Assembly: GCA_007376535.1 (NCBI GenBank)
Contig: VMGK01000005.1
Coordinates: 2,085-66,084 of the forward strand
Length of the DNA stretch: 64,000 bases
Origin: Candidatus Berkelbacteria bacterium Licking1014_7
GTDB taxonomy: Bacteria > Patescibacteriota > UBA1384 > GWA2-35-9 > CG2-30-39-44
Direction of reading: 5' to 3'
Below are positions 28,462-38,815 of the stretch, piece after piece (the first letter of the stretch is position 1; every line of letters begins with the position of its first letter). The notes below the pieces were generated by a model. The model was not told the DNA's origin and did not search any database. It saw only the letters and a program-made list of their open reading frames with translations. The translations under genes and the position numbers were made by a program.

Positions 28462-29051
28462 CCAAAACACATTTTATTGGACAATTTTATTTAGCCGGCG
28501 GAACGGCTTGCGGTTTGTATTTTGGGCACAGAATTTCTTATGATTTAGATTTTTTTTCCGAGCGAAAATTTAACGCGCAGAAAATCAGAGATGAGTTAGA
28601 AAAAATGGGCGAACTCAAAATAGACATTATTGACGAAAATACTTTTTTGGGTTTTTTGAATAAAGTAAAGATAAGTTTTTTTTATTATAAATATCCGCTG
28701 ATTGGCGAGACGCAGGTCTATAGAGGGGTGAGGATTGTTTCAAAAAAGGACTTGCAGGCAATGAAAATTGACGCTTTGCAGTCGCGCGGCACAAAAAGGG
28801 ACTTTATTGATTTGTATACGATTTTGCAAGCAGATAATTATTCTATAAAAAACGCATTAGATAATTTTAAGGAAAAATACCAAAAGGCAAATTATAATAT
28901 GGAGCATATTTTGATGAGTTTGGTATATTTTGAAGACGCGGATAGGGATAATCGTCTCAATATGTTGGTATCATACGACTGGGAAAAAATAAAAAATTAT
29001 TTTATTGAGGACGTTAAAGCATACGAAAAAAATAGATTAAAAATCGATTAA
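28410..29051 (+). CDS. AbiEii/AbiGii-family nucleotidyltransferase toxin
   Basis: LAGGTA, HRISYDLDFF, MK..A...R...RDFIDL; AGGAG RBS at 28401. Confidence 0.9.
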   Translation: MEERGISEKTKQNLELLAKTHFIGQFYLAGGTACGLYFGHRISYDLDFFSERKFNAQKIRDELEKMGELKIDIIDENTFLGFLNKVKISFFYYKYPLIGETQVYRGVRIVSKKDLQAMKIDALQSRGTKRDFIDLYTILQADNYSIKNALDNFKEKYQKANYNMEHILMSLVYFEDADRDNRLNMLVSYDWEKIKNYFIEDVKAYEKNRLKID

Positions 29052-29092
29052 ACAGGCTCTAAGGAGGGAAATTGGCGCGGCATTATCCCTTA

Positions 29093-29422
29093 GAACCCAT
29101 TTCAAAAATCCATATATTGCACATCCATCGTCTGGCTGAATGGGCAGCTGCAACAGCAGATATTCTGGCTGCAAAGATTAGAATAATTCGTCAACAGAGC
29201 TTCTGGCTATGCTTCCTCATTATTCTAACTTTTCGCTCATAATCTCTACTGTTTCGCTCCTCAATCAACCAGACGATGGATGTGGGTTCTTTTATCTGCT
29301 ATTTTGGCTGCAAACAATTCAGAGCTCGTCAGTGTCCGCCAAGGCGGATGCCTTCTCGCTCTTCATTGTTTTCGCTCAAAATATCAAATAAAATTATCAA
29401 AAGAGAGTTTTATAATGGGTTC
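29093..29422 (-). repeat. Rod-shaped palindromic element with nested member at 29121-29283
   Basis: Outer GAACCCATT / AATGGGTTC; inner ACATCCATCGTCTGG.TGA / TCAACCAGACGATGGATGT. Confidence 0.85.
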
Positions 29423-31862
29423 CTACAATTCGTTTGAGAATTTTATTCATAAAATAAAAAGGCGAACTTATTTATCGTTATTTTTGTCGGTTTTGGTGGT
29501 GGTTGGTTTTGGCGCGGGATTGATTTTTTGGTCTAAAAATGTTTCACGCGGGGCGACTACTTTAAGTGGAACTATCAATGGCTTACGGACAATTAGCGGA
29601 GACGCGGTGATCAAGACCAACCAAACAGTCACTCACGATCAGGGAAATACTACCGGAGGAACAGGATTGGGAGTGAATGTGAGTGGCACTTTAACCTTGG
29701 AAGCCGGCGCCAAAATTGATGTGAGCGGGAAGGGATATAAGGGGGGATATATTTTTTTTAGCATGAATAATATAGGTGGTTATTATTATACAGCTTTATT
29801 TCCGGCTAAGGGAAGCAAGGATGGCAACGCTCCTCAACAGCAAAATCAAGCTGGTGCCGGCGGAGACTGGGAAAATGGCGGGGCAGGCGGCGGCACAGGA
29901 TATAGAACGGCAAATAGACTGGGCGTTGGCGGCGGCGGCGGCGGCGCGTTTGGCTATGGCTCAGGCGGAAAAACCAACCATTCTTCGGCAAGCCCTGGAT
30001 GTTATGGCGGCGGCGGCGCGGGCTGGAAAGGCAAGGGCGGGGCAGGCGTTTGTTCTGGATCGGCGGTTAACGGTGCAGTAAGCGCCAGCATAAATTTTTC
30101 TAATGACAGTTGGTATAATAACGAGATTCTTTTTGGCGCTGGCGGCGCCAGCGGATTTACCATTACGCAGGATAACTCGGAGGGTGATGGCGGCAACAGT
30201 GAATGCGTCAAAGGCGGCAATGGCGGAGGGGCGGTAAAAATAAAAGCCAAAAAATTAAAAATTGAATCCGGGGCAAGCATATCGGCGGCAGGAAAATCGG
30301 GCGGAAAAATGTGCGATCTGGCTTATAGAGTAAAGTGGTTAACTTTTGGACAATTTACTTTGGGAGCGGCTGGGGGAGGCGGAACAATTTATATTGAGGT
30401 TGACGAATTGGAATTGCCTAGCGGTAATGATTATAATTTTGATGTTTCAGGCGGCGATGGTTGGGGGGCGCTGAGCGGGTCGATGTGGGCATCTTCCGGA
30501 GCAGGAGGCGGAGGGATAGTTGTAATTAGAATCGCAGGGGGAGGAAAAATAAAAATCGGGAATAATTATGTAGATAACTTTGCGACGGTTTACGCCAGAG
30601 CAGATTCCAACAAAGGCATGCTTCGCAATATCATAAACGATGTTTATATTTTAACCCAGAAAATACCTGATAGTGCTTGGGGGGGAGACGGCAAAGAAAT
30701 TTTTGCCGGCAATCCGACCATTCCCGGTGGTTCCACCACCTGCGACACATCAAAAATTAAATTGACTGATCCGTCGTTTTCCAGCCAACCGGCGGCGAAT
30801 TCTCATTACCAGCGCGGTGATACTTTTTCCTATAAGGCGCAATATATTAGTCAAGACAGCGGTTCAAATTGTTCTGGCAAGTATCAATTATATTTCCAGA
30901 CCGCTTTATCAAATGATTTAGAATTTATTGGTGGCAGTAAATTGACTCCCGGAAATTTAGATCCAACAATAGGTGGCGGTTTATTTTCAACTCAACATTG
31001 GGAAGTAAATTCAGCCGGTTCTTACACTGGTGATATTAAGATAAAAATAAAAGATAATGCTTGCAATCAGGCAGGCGGCGGCGTTGAGAACAAAATTCAA
31101 ATTTATCAAAAATACGATAATGGTGTGCTGATGGCGCCATCATCAGGAAATCCAGTTTACTCTAATGCGAATATAATTGTTGATTGTCCGGGCGTGGCGA
31201 TTTCCGGCAATGTTGGCGCAAGCAGTATAACTACGCCCGATCTAAAAATTATCGGTAATTCAGTGGTGGCGATTACGGGTTCCTCGTCAGCCACGCTTGA
31301 TTCACAAGTAGTAAATTTATCTGGTTATACCCATTCAATCAATTTTTCCGACATAAATACAAATTTTGAAGCGCTAAAAACCCGGCGGGCAATTAAGCCG
31401 AATCCTTGGACAAATAATTTTAATTTGAATAAGTACAATAAACCCGAAGGTGGAGTGTGGAAAGAACATCCTACCCCTATGAATAGAACTTTTCTGCAAG
31501 GGTCGCGAGGCACGATATTTCATACTGGCGATTTGACAATAGATGGAATTTCTTGGCAAGGCGCGACGGCTGGTGTTTTGGGCATCGTGGTGAAAGATGG
31601 TAATGTGATGATCAAAGATTTAAATTTAAAAAATGTGGCGATTTACGCGTACGACACCGGTGGCGCGGAAGACGGAAAAATCACTTTTGGCACGGGCGCA
31701 ACGGACGAAACATTAGACATGACCGGTTCGTTTGTCGCTAAAAGCATTGAAATTAAAAGTAAGAAGGGTAATATTAAACATTCGGACGGATTAGATAAAA
31801 ATCCTCCGCCCGGATTTTCTAACTTGCAGTCGCAAATAAAAATTTTAGAAAAAGCGCGGTAG
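29415..31862 (+). CDS. Large glycine-rich membrane-anchored surface protein at the head of the pilus locus
   Basis: TM segment, G-rich GGGGG/GAGG tracts, C-terminal PPPGF motif. Confidence 0.75.
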   Translation: MGSYNSFENFIHKIKRRTYLSLFLSVLVVVGFGAGLIFWSKNVSRGATTLSGTINGLRTISGDAVIKTNQTVTHDQGNTTGGTGLGVNVSGTLTLEAGAKIDVSGKGYKGGYIFFSMNNIGGYYYTALFPAKGSKDGNAPQQQNQAGAGGDWENGGAGGGTGYRTANRLGVGGGGGGAFGYGSGGKTNHSSASPGCYGGGGAGWKGKGGAGVCSGSAVNGAVSASINFSNDSWYNNEILFGAGGASGFTITQDNSEGDGGNSECVKGGNGGGAVKIKAKKLKIESGASISAAGKSGGKMCDLAYRVKWLTFGQFTLGAAGGGGTIYIEVDELELPSGNDYNFDVSGGDGWGALSGSMWASSGAGGGGIVVIRIAGGGKIKIGNNYVDNFATVYARADSNKGMLRNIINDVYILTQKIPDSAWGGDGKEIFAGNPTIPGGSTTCDTSKIKLTDPSFSSQPAANSHYQRGDTFSYKAQYISQDSGSNCSGKYQLYFQTALSNDLEFIGGSKLTPGNLDPTIGGGLFSTQHWEVNSAGSYTGDIKIKIKDNACNQAGGGVENKIQIYQKYDNGVLMAPSSGNPVYSNANIIVDCPGVAISGNVGASSITTPDLKIIGNSVVAITGSSSATLDSQVVNLSGYTHSINFSDINTNFEALKTRRAIKPNPWTNNFNLNKYNKPEGGVWKEHPTPMNRTFLQGSRGTIFHTGDLTIDGISWQGATAGVLGIVVKDGNVMIKDLNLKNVAIYAYDTGGAEDGKITFGTGATDETLDMTGSFVAKSIEIKSKKGNIKHSDGLDKNPPPGFSNLQSQIKILEKAR

Positions 31863-32121
31863 TCAAATATAAATCAAAAAGCAAATCCGCCAGCTGGCGG
31901 ATTAATCTCAAATCTCAAAATTCAAATCTCCCGTCCGCCATCGCTATCGCTCAGGCGATTAGCGGGCAGGCAAAATGACAATCCAAAATTCAAAACTCTA
32001 AATCCTAAATTCTAAATTCTAAGAAAATTATGTTCCCCATTTTCAACAACATCAATCACCAAAAATTTGACAAGCAAAACGGTTAGGTTGTATAATAGAG
32101 TTAATCAAAAGGAGAGGGAAA

Positions 32122-32685
32122 ATGGATCAAATAATCAGACCGCAAAATAGCGAGCGACCGGTAAGCTCGGCAGAAATTAAGAATACAATTCGCCTAAAAA
32201 ATCTGGCGACGGTTTTTGGTATTATTTCAATTTCCGTAATTATTTTATCGGCGCTTTCGTTCTTTATTGTCTGGCAAAAAAACAGCCAAATTTCATCAAT
32301 TCAAGATACCATCGATACCAAAAATCAGGGCTTGGACGTCTCGTATAAAACCATTATTTCTCAGCAGGAAACCCTCAAAAAACAAATTGCGGTTTTATCT
32401 GAGCAGGATACATCGTCAATTGATTACACCCAAGAATTGTGGGAAGAATTGTCTAAATCAGCAGTTAAAAATGTTCGATTGGTCGGTCTCACATTTGACA
32501 ATAAAACCATTTCTTTAGAAGGGCAAGCGGGAAGTTTTTCTGACATCGCGCGCCAGTTGGTGGCGTGGCGCCAGGCGACTAATTTTTCCAATGTGGAACT
32601 GGCATCTATCACTACTGCGGATAATGGACAAAAACAATTTGGCGCCCAGTTAAGCTTTAAGGTCACCCAAAAATCAAACGACTAA
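32122..32685 (+). CDS. pilN: PilN-like type IV pilus alignment protein
   Basis: TM plus coiled coil plus ISLEGQA...F.NVEL; locus context. Confidence 0.75.
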   Translation: MDQIIRPQNSERPVSSAEIKNTIRLKNLATVFGIISISVIILSALSFFIVWQKNSQISSIQDTIDTKNQGLDVSYKTIISQQETLKKQIAVLSEQDTSSIDYTQELWEELSKSAVKNVRLVGLTFDNKTISLEGQAGSFSDIARQLVAWRQATNFSNVELASITTADNGQKQFGAQLSFKVTQKSND

Positions 32686-32697
32686 TCCCCAAAATCA

Positions 32698-33351
32698 ATG
32701 ACCAGCGCGTACGAACAAAATCGTCAAAATTCGTCTTTAATTTTTCTTGAGGTGATTATTATAATCGCCGGATTGTATTTTGGCGTGTGGTGGCAGATGA
32801 ATAAAAACCGCGTCTTATCGCAAAATTTAAGCAGTAAACAGCAGGAATTCGCGATAGTAAAAGACAAAGAGGCGAAATTAGAAACATTAAAGCGGGAATT
32901 TTCCACGCGCAAATCAGAACTGCAAAATTTTAATATCGCGGCGCCTGAGATGTCAGAAATTCCCGAAGCGCTGATGATGATTGAGGCGATTGTGAGTCGC
33001 TCTGGCGCTGATTTGACGAATTTAACTCCCCAGAAACCCACTGGCGGCCAGGTTGAAATTGATTTGTGTCTGGCGTCAAATTATGAGCAGATGAAAACAT
33101 TTTTTACTATTTTGAAAAATAATTTAAGACCAGTGTCAGTTGATTCAATTAAGGTTTTAGCCAGTCAAGATGCCAGCGCCGCGCAAGCCAAATCGCTGTC
33201 TGTGTCAGTAAAATTAAAAATGCCTTATATGGTCAAAAATAACGACAAGACCTCTGATGGTTCAAGTAATAACCCGAGCGATAACTTAAGTAATAATCCC
33301 GGCGCCGGTCCAAGCGACGGGCAAACCATAAATAACACACAAAACGAATGA
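32698..33351 (+). CDS. pilO: PilO-like protein
   Basis: TM plus coiled coil plus P...EIP....I......SG; follows pilN. Confidence 0.7.
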   Translation: MTSAYEQNRQNSSLIFLEVIIIIAGLYFGVWWQMNKNRVLSQNLSSKQQEFAIVKDKEAKLETLKREFSTRKSELQNFNIAAPEMSEIPEALMMIEAIVSRSGADLTNLTPQKPTGGQVEIDLCLASNYEQMKTFFTILKNNLRPVSVDSIKVLASQDASAAQAKSLSVSVKLKMPYMVKNNDKTSDGSSNNPSDNLSNNPGAGPSDGQTINNTQNE

Positions 33352-33596
33352 TGATAAAATACAATAATTTTTTAATTGGGATGGGTATTTCTATAGTTCT
33401 GATAATTCTTTATATTTTTTTGTTAGTGTCGGGCAGGTCTGTAAGCGATAAAATCCAAGTTCAATCCGATATGTTAAATCCGCAGGAATTTCAAAATGGT
33501 CTCAACATCATCAGTAAAAAAGAAAAAAACGGGGATTTGCCAGTCAATACCAATGACGAATTACTGCAAAGAAGCGATCCGTTTGAAGGATTGTAG
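33348..33596 (+). CDS. Small PilP-like membrane protein
   Basis: TM and R.DPF motif; position after pilO. Confidence 0.55.
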   Translation: MMIKYNNFLIGMGISIVLIILYIFLLVSGRSVSDKIQVQSDMLNPQEFQNGLNIISKKEKNGDLPVNTNDELLQRSDPFEGL

Positions 33597-33861
33597 GATA
33601 GAAATTCAAATCTCAAATCTCAAATCTCAAAGCCACAGCGTAAAACTTAAAACCATTTTAAATTATCTAAGTTTTTACATTTGAGTTGTGGTTTTGAGTT
33701 TTACGTTTTAACATTTATGATTAAATTAATGTCATTTTGCCTGCCCCGTAAAATTTCTTAATTGCCTGCCCCGTAATCCCGCCAAGGCGGGATCTTCGGG
33801 GTAATTTAATTTCTTAATTTTTCATTCTTAATTCTTATTTATTATATTGGAGGGAAATTAG

Positions 33862-36093
33862 ATGGTTAATATTATTAAGTCACGCGACAAGAGAGATATT
33901 TTGGATGTCTTGCGCTCTAAAAATATTATTGATGAGTTAACCTACAATTTTATTAGCAAAAACTTTAGCACTAATGAAACGCGCATTCAGGCGCTGGAAA
34001 AAAAGAATATTGTTTCGCAGGAGGATTTATCCAAAGCCGCGGCGGAAATTTTTAATCTTCCGTTTGTCCATATTCAGGGAAAAAAGTTGGATTTTGAGGT
34101 ATTGAATTTAATTCCGTTTGAAATTTGTCAAAAATATAAAATTGTTTGTCTTGAAAAAAAGGGCAATGCCTATCAAATCGCTGTTGCCAGACCGTATCGT
34201 TTGGGCGGCAAAAAATCAGGACTATTGCACAACATTGAAAAAGAAAGATCAGTGGAGTTTCATTTGTCTGCCAGCACTGAGCCAGATGTTGATTGGGCTT
34301 TAAAGATTTATGAAAATTTTTTGTCTGAGCGGGCGGAAAAAAATACTCAGACCAACCTACCGTCCGCTCGGACTGATAAAGTGAAAATTTCTAATTTGCC
34401 TAGGGCTAAATTAGACGGACGATTTGATTTATTGGAAACAATCAGAAAAATTCCGCTGGAAATTATCAGACGTTATAAAATCGCGCTTTTTGAAATTTCA
34501 GATGAAAATATTTTTAAGATCGCCATGCTGGATTCGTTTGATCCGCGCGCCAGAGAAATTATCAATTTCATCAGTCAAAAAAACGGGGTGAAAGTTGAGC
34601 AGTATCAAATTGAGTCAAGGGATTTGGATTGGGTTTTGCAAAATTACAATTCTGCCGCGGCCGTTCAGCCAAGCGCGTCTAAAAACATTGAATCAGAAAA
34701 ATTAGCGCCGGATCAAGGCGCGCCCGACTCATCATCGTCAAAGGAAGTGATTGAAAAAAACGGTATGTTCACTATTCCTGAGGAAGCGATTGCCAAGCCC
34801 GGTTTATCCGGCGGCGAGGTGGACTTGGCTCAGGCAGACAAAACGGGCGCGATCAATCAAGATGAGATTGAAACGGATTTAGATACTTTTCTGGGGAAAC
34901 TGGTTACTAATGCCAAAGAATTGACGCAGATTATTGTGGAAGGTTTTGTGCCTAAAATGGTGGCGGGAATTTTGTCTTTGGGTATTAGTTTGCGCGCCTC
35001 TGATGTTCATCTGGAAGCCACCAGAAAGGGTTTGCGTCTAAGATATCGGGTTGATGGCGATTTGTTGGATTTTATTTATATGCCGATTGCTTTGCATCCG
35101 CCGATTATTTCCAGAATAAAAATTTTATCCGGTCTCAAAATTGATGAGCAGAGAATTCCCCAAGACGGCCGGTATAATGCCAAAGTCCAAAATCACGAAA
35201 TTGATGTTCGGGTTTCGTCATATCCGACAATTCATGGCGAAAAAATCGCCATGCGTCTTTTAGATAAGACCGCCAGCCAGTACAGTTTAGAGGATTTGGG
35301 GTTGACAGGCGCGCCGCTGGAAAAAATTAATCAAGAGATTATCAAGCCCTGGGGAGTGGTGATCATTACCGGTCCGACTGGTTCAGGTAAAAGCACGACT
35401 TTATACGCGATATTGAATGCAATTTCAAGTCCCAAAATCAATATCGTCACTTTGGAAGATCCGGTTGAGTATGATATTCCCGGGGTAAATCAAGCGCAAA
35501 TTAAGCCCAAAATCGGTTTTTCTTTTGCCGAAGGGCTAAGATCGATTTTGCGTCAGGATCCCAATGTGATAATGGTGGGCGAGGTGCGGGATTCTGAAAC
35601 AGCCAATCTGGTCACGCATGCGGCTTTAACCGGTCATTTGGTGCTTACCACTTTGCATACCAATGACGCGTCGTCCGCCCTGCCGCGATTAACCAATATG
35701 AAGGTTGAGCCGTATCTGATTACCAGCGCGATCAATGTAATTATTGCCCAGCGACTGATTAGAAAATTATGTCAGAAATGCAAACAGCCAATTAAAGTTC
35801 CCGCGCCGGTCCTAGAGTCAGAAGGGGTAAAAGACGTTAACGAGATGAAATTTTTTGGTCCGGGCAAAGGTTGCGGTGAATGCCGCAATGGTTATAAAGG
35901 CAGGATTGGAATTTTTGAAATTTTGGTGATGACTGACGCGATTGAGAAATTGGCGATAAATCACGCCCCGGTGTCGGAAATTTTGAAGCAGGCGATACAA
36001 GACGGAATGGTATCGTTAAAAGAAGACGGGATTGCCAAAGCCAAGCAGGGGATGGTGTCTTTGTCTGATATTTTGCAAGCAGTGAATGAGTGA
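33862..36093 (+). CDS. pilB: GspE/PilB pilus assembly ATPase
   Basis: ASDVHLE, PQDGR, GPTGSGKS, LRQDPNVIMVGEVRD, TGHLVLTTLHTN, paired CxxC. Confidence 0.95.
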   Translation: MVNIIKSRDKRDILDVLRSKNIIDELTYNFISKNFSTNETRIQALEKKNIVSQEDLSKAAAEIFNLPFVHIQGKKLDFEVLNLIPFEICQKYKIVCLEKKGNAYQIAVARPYRLGGKKSGLLHNIEKERSVEFHLSASTEPDVDWALKIYENFLSERAEKNTQTNLPSARTDKVKISNLPRAKLDGRFDLLETIRKIPLEIIRRYKIALFEISDENIFKIAMLDSFDPRAREIINFISQKNGVKVEQYQIESRDLDWVLQNYNSAAAVQPSASKNIESEKLAPDQGAPDSSSSKEVIEKNGMFTIPEEAIAKPGLSGGEVDLAQADKTGAINQDEIETDLDTFLGKLVTNAKELTQIIVEGFVPKMVAGILSLGISLRASDVHLEATRKGLRLRYRVDGDLLDFIYMPIALHPPIISRIKILSGLKIDEQRIPQDGRYNAKVQNHEIDVRVSSYPTIHGEKIAMRLLDKTASQYSLEDLGLTGAPLEKINQEIIKPWGVVIITGPTGSGKSTTLYAILNAISSPKINIVTLEDPVEYDIPGVNQAQIKPKIGFSFAEGLRSILRQDPNVIMVGEVRDSETANLVTHAALTGHLVLTTLHTNDASSALPRLTNMKVEPYLITSAINVIIAQRLIRKLCQKCKQPIKVPAPVLESEGVKDVNEMKFFGPGKGCGECRNGYKGRIGIFEILVMTDAIEKLAINHAPVSEILKQAIQDGMVSLKEDGIAKAKQGMVSLSDILQAVNE

Positions 36094-36272
36094 TAGAAAT
36101 TGAAAATTGAAAATTGATGTGGAATGTTTGAAAATTGTGTTATTGAAAATTGATTGAAAATTGAAAATTGAAAATTGAAAATTTCTATATAGATAGTTTT
36201 AAGTTTTACGCTGTGGCTTGGATATTTTACATTTTACTTTTCAGATATAAAATATGTTATAATGAATTCATT

Positions 36273-37340
36273 ATGCAGATAATTAATGAAAAATTAGTTC
36301 AGTTTATTGATGAGGCGTTGAGATTTCAGGCATCGGATATTTTACTGATGACGGGCGTTTTCCCCAGTATTCGGATAAATGGCAATCTGCGCGCCATCTC
36401 AAACACCACTGCGCTTGCTCAAGGCGAGATGGACGATATTTTGAAAAGTATTTTATCTGATGAGACCTATCAGAAGTTTTTGAAAGACAAAGAAGCTGAT
36501 TTTTCATTTTCTCATCCGAAGGTGCGATTTCGGGGCAATGCCTATATGCAACGGGGAAAACCGGCGGTCTCTTTGCGTATTATTCCCCGGCAGATTCCTA
36601 ATTTTCAACAACTCGGCTTGCCGCCGATTGTTGAGAAAATCGCTTCGCACTCGCAGGGTTTTGTGTTAGTGACCGGTCCGACCGGGCATGGAAAGTCAAC
36701 CACTTTGGCTTCAATTATTGAGCATATTAACCAAAATCAAGCCAGTCATATTATCACGATTGAGGATCCAGTTGAATTTGAATTCGTTAATCAAAAAAGT
36801 ATTATTTCCCAGAGGCAAGTGGGGGTTGATACCGAAAGTTTTTCCCGGGCGTTAAAATCAGTGCTGCGCGAAGATCCCAATGTGATTTTAATCGGCGAGA
36901 TGCGCGATTTAGAATCAGTCAAATCAGCGCTTACCATAGCGGAAACCGGGCATTTGGTCTTGTCCACACTCCACACCAACAGCGCCAGTCAGTCAATTGA
37001 TAGAATAATTGATATTTTTCCGTCAGGCGAGCAACAGCAGGTTCGCCAGCAGTTAGCTTCTACCTTACTGGGTGTTTTTTCTCAACGTCTCTTGCCGCGC
37101 GCCAGTGGCAAAGGCAGGATTTTAGCCAGTGAGGTTTTAATCACAAATTCCGCGACAAGGAGTTTGATTCGGGAAGGCAAAGTTCATCAAATAGACAATG
37201 TCATATCCACTTCTGCGGCAGAGGGGATGATAAATTTGGACAAGGTTTTGGCAGAATTGGTTTCGCAAGGGGAAATTACTTTGGAGACCGCCCTGTCGTG
37301 GGCGGTTGACGCCAACACAGTCAAGCAATTAGTTTATTAG
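36273..37340 (+). CDS. pilT: PilT/PilU retraction ATPase
   Basis: GPTGHGKS, EDPVE, LREDPN, ETGHLV, ATRSLIRE. Confidence 0.95.
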   Translation: MQIINEKLVQFIDEALRFQASDILLMTGVFPSIRINGNLRAISNTTALAQGEMDDILKSILSDETYQKFLKDKEADFSFSHPKVRFRGNAYMQRGKPAVSLRIIPRQIPNFQQLGLPPIVEKIASHSQGFVLVTGPTGHGKSTTLASIIEHINQNQASHIITIEDPVEFEFVNQKSIISQRQVGVDTESFSRALKSVLREDPNVILIGEMRDLESVKSALTIAETGHLVLSTLHTNSASQSIDRIIDIFPSGEQQQVRQQLASTLLGVFSQRLLPRASGKGRILASEVLITNSATRSLIREGKVHQIDNVISTSAAEGMINLDKVLAELVSQGEITLETALSWAVDANTVKQLVY

Positions 37341-37388
37341 TGTGTTACAAGAGGGCGCAGACAGAGGATCATTTTATGAAGAAAAATT

Positions 37389-38447
37389 ATGAAGAAAAAA
37401 GATTTTATTTTACTTAAAAAGGTTTCAACGGAAGAAAAAGCGTTTTTTTCCAAGCAATTAGCCGTAATGATCGGCGCTGGTTTGCAATTGGCAGGCGCGG
37501 TTAATATCTTAAAAAATCAGACCAGAAATCAATATTTTAAGCAGGTTTTAACCAAAATTTACGATGATTTGGAGCAAGGCAAGAAATTTTCCGAGGCGCT
37601 GGCAAATTATCCCAATGTTTTCAATCGCGTCTACATAAACATTGTATTTTCCGGTGAAAATTCTGGTAAATTAGACAAAGTGCTGGCAGAGTTAGGCGAT
37701 CAATTAACGCAAGAAAATGATTTTACTTCCCGTCTGCGCGGCGCAATGATATATCCGATGATTATTTTGATGGCGTTGATTGGGGTGGCGATTTTTACAT
37801 CAGTTAAACTCATTCCAAGTTTACAGCAAATGTTTTCTGAGGCAAAATCCGAATTGCCGTGGACAACGAAAATTGTATTTGGGTTTTCAAATTTTTTGAT
37901 TCATAGTTGGCTGTGGGTAATTTTGATAATTGTGGCGGGAGTGGTTTTGGTTATGTATTTTTTGCGCACCGCGCCCGGAGAAATGTTGCTTCACCAAATT
38001 CTGCTGAAAGAGCCGTTTGGTCTATTTAAAAAAATTTATCTCTTGCGTTTTACCCGTACGCTCGGATCTTTGCTTTCTTCCGGCGTGCCGATTATTGACG
38101 CGTTGAATATCACTTCCGAAGTGGTGGGCAATGATGTTTATCGCGAGGAATTGCAATTTTTTGCCAATGAACTTGAAAGAGGCGCTCCCTTGTCTGTGCC
38201 GGTCTCGCGCAGCAAATTGTTTCCGTATTTTATTTCGCAAATGATTATTGTGGGCGAGAAGACCGGGCAGACCGATAAAATTTTAGTTAATTTAGCCGAA
38301 AATTTTTACAAAGAAACCACTTATCAGATTGATAATTTTGCTAAGACCTTTGAACCGGTTATAATATTAATAATTGGAATGGGTGTGGCGCTGTTGGTTT
38401 TCGCGGTGATTATGCCGATTTACCAATTCGCCCAATTTGTGGGATAA
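37389..38447 (+). CDS. pilC: GspF/PilC platform protein
   Basis: Two T2SSF repeats (GENSGKLD, GEKTG), AMIYP. Confidence 0.95.
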   Translation: MKKKDFILLKKVSTEEKAFFSKQLAVMIGAGLQLAGAVNILKNQTRNQYFKQVLTKIYDDLEQGKKFSEALANYPNVFNRVYINIVFSGENSGKLDKVLAELGDQLTQENDFTSRLRGAMIYPMIILMALIGVAIFTSVKLIPSLQQMFSEAKSELPWTTKIVFGFSNFLIHSWLWVILIIVAGVVLVMYFLRTAPGEMLLHQILLKEPFGLFKKIYLLRFTRTLGSLLSSGVPIIDALNITSEVVGNDVYREELQFFANELERGAPLSVPVSRSKLFPYFISQMIIVGEKTGQTDKILVNLAENFYKETTYQIDNFAKTFEPVIILIIGMGVALLVFAVIMPIYQFAQFVG

Positions 38448-38734
38448 TAGTTTAAAGTGAAATTTTCAATTTTCAATTTTCAATTTTCAATGAATTCTCA
38501 ATGTTCAGATTGAATGAATTAAATCAAACAGCCCCGAAGATAAATTTCAAAGTCCAAATTTCAAATATCAAAACATTAAAAAGATTAATGAAACCCCCGA
38601 CATTCTAACTTTTAATCCGCCAGTGGGCGGATGGCGGACATTCTTAAATCTAACATCTTAAATTTTAAATCTGTAAAACTTTTACTTTTTGCTGTTTGCA
38701 TTTTGGATTTTGACATTTACTCAAGGGATTCCTT

Positions 38735-38767
38735 CAAAATATAGTATATATTAAAATATAAAGTAAA
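38735..38767 (+). repeat. 33-bp direct repeat; second copy at 41437-41469
   Basis: CAAAATATAGTATATATTAAAATATAAAGTAAA exact in both places. Confidence 0.9.
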
Positions 38768-38815
38768 GAATTTGCGGAAAAAAACCGCAAGTAAAAAATT
38801 AAGAAAGGAGAAAAT

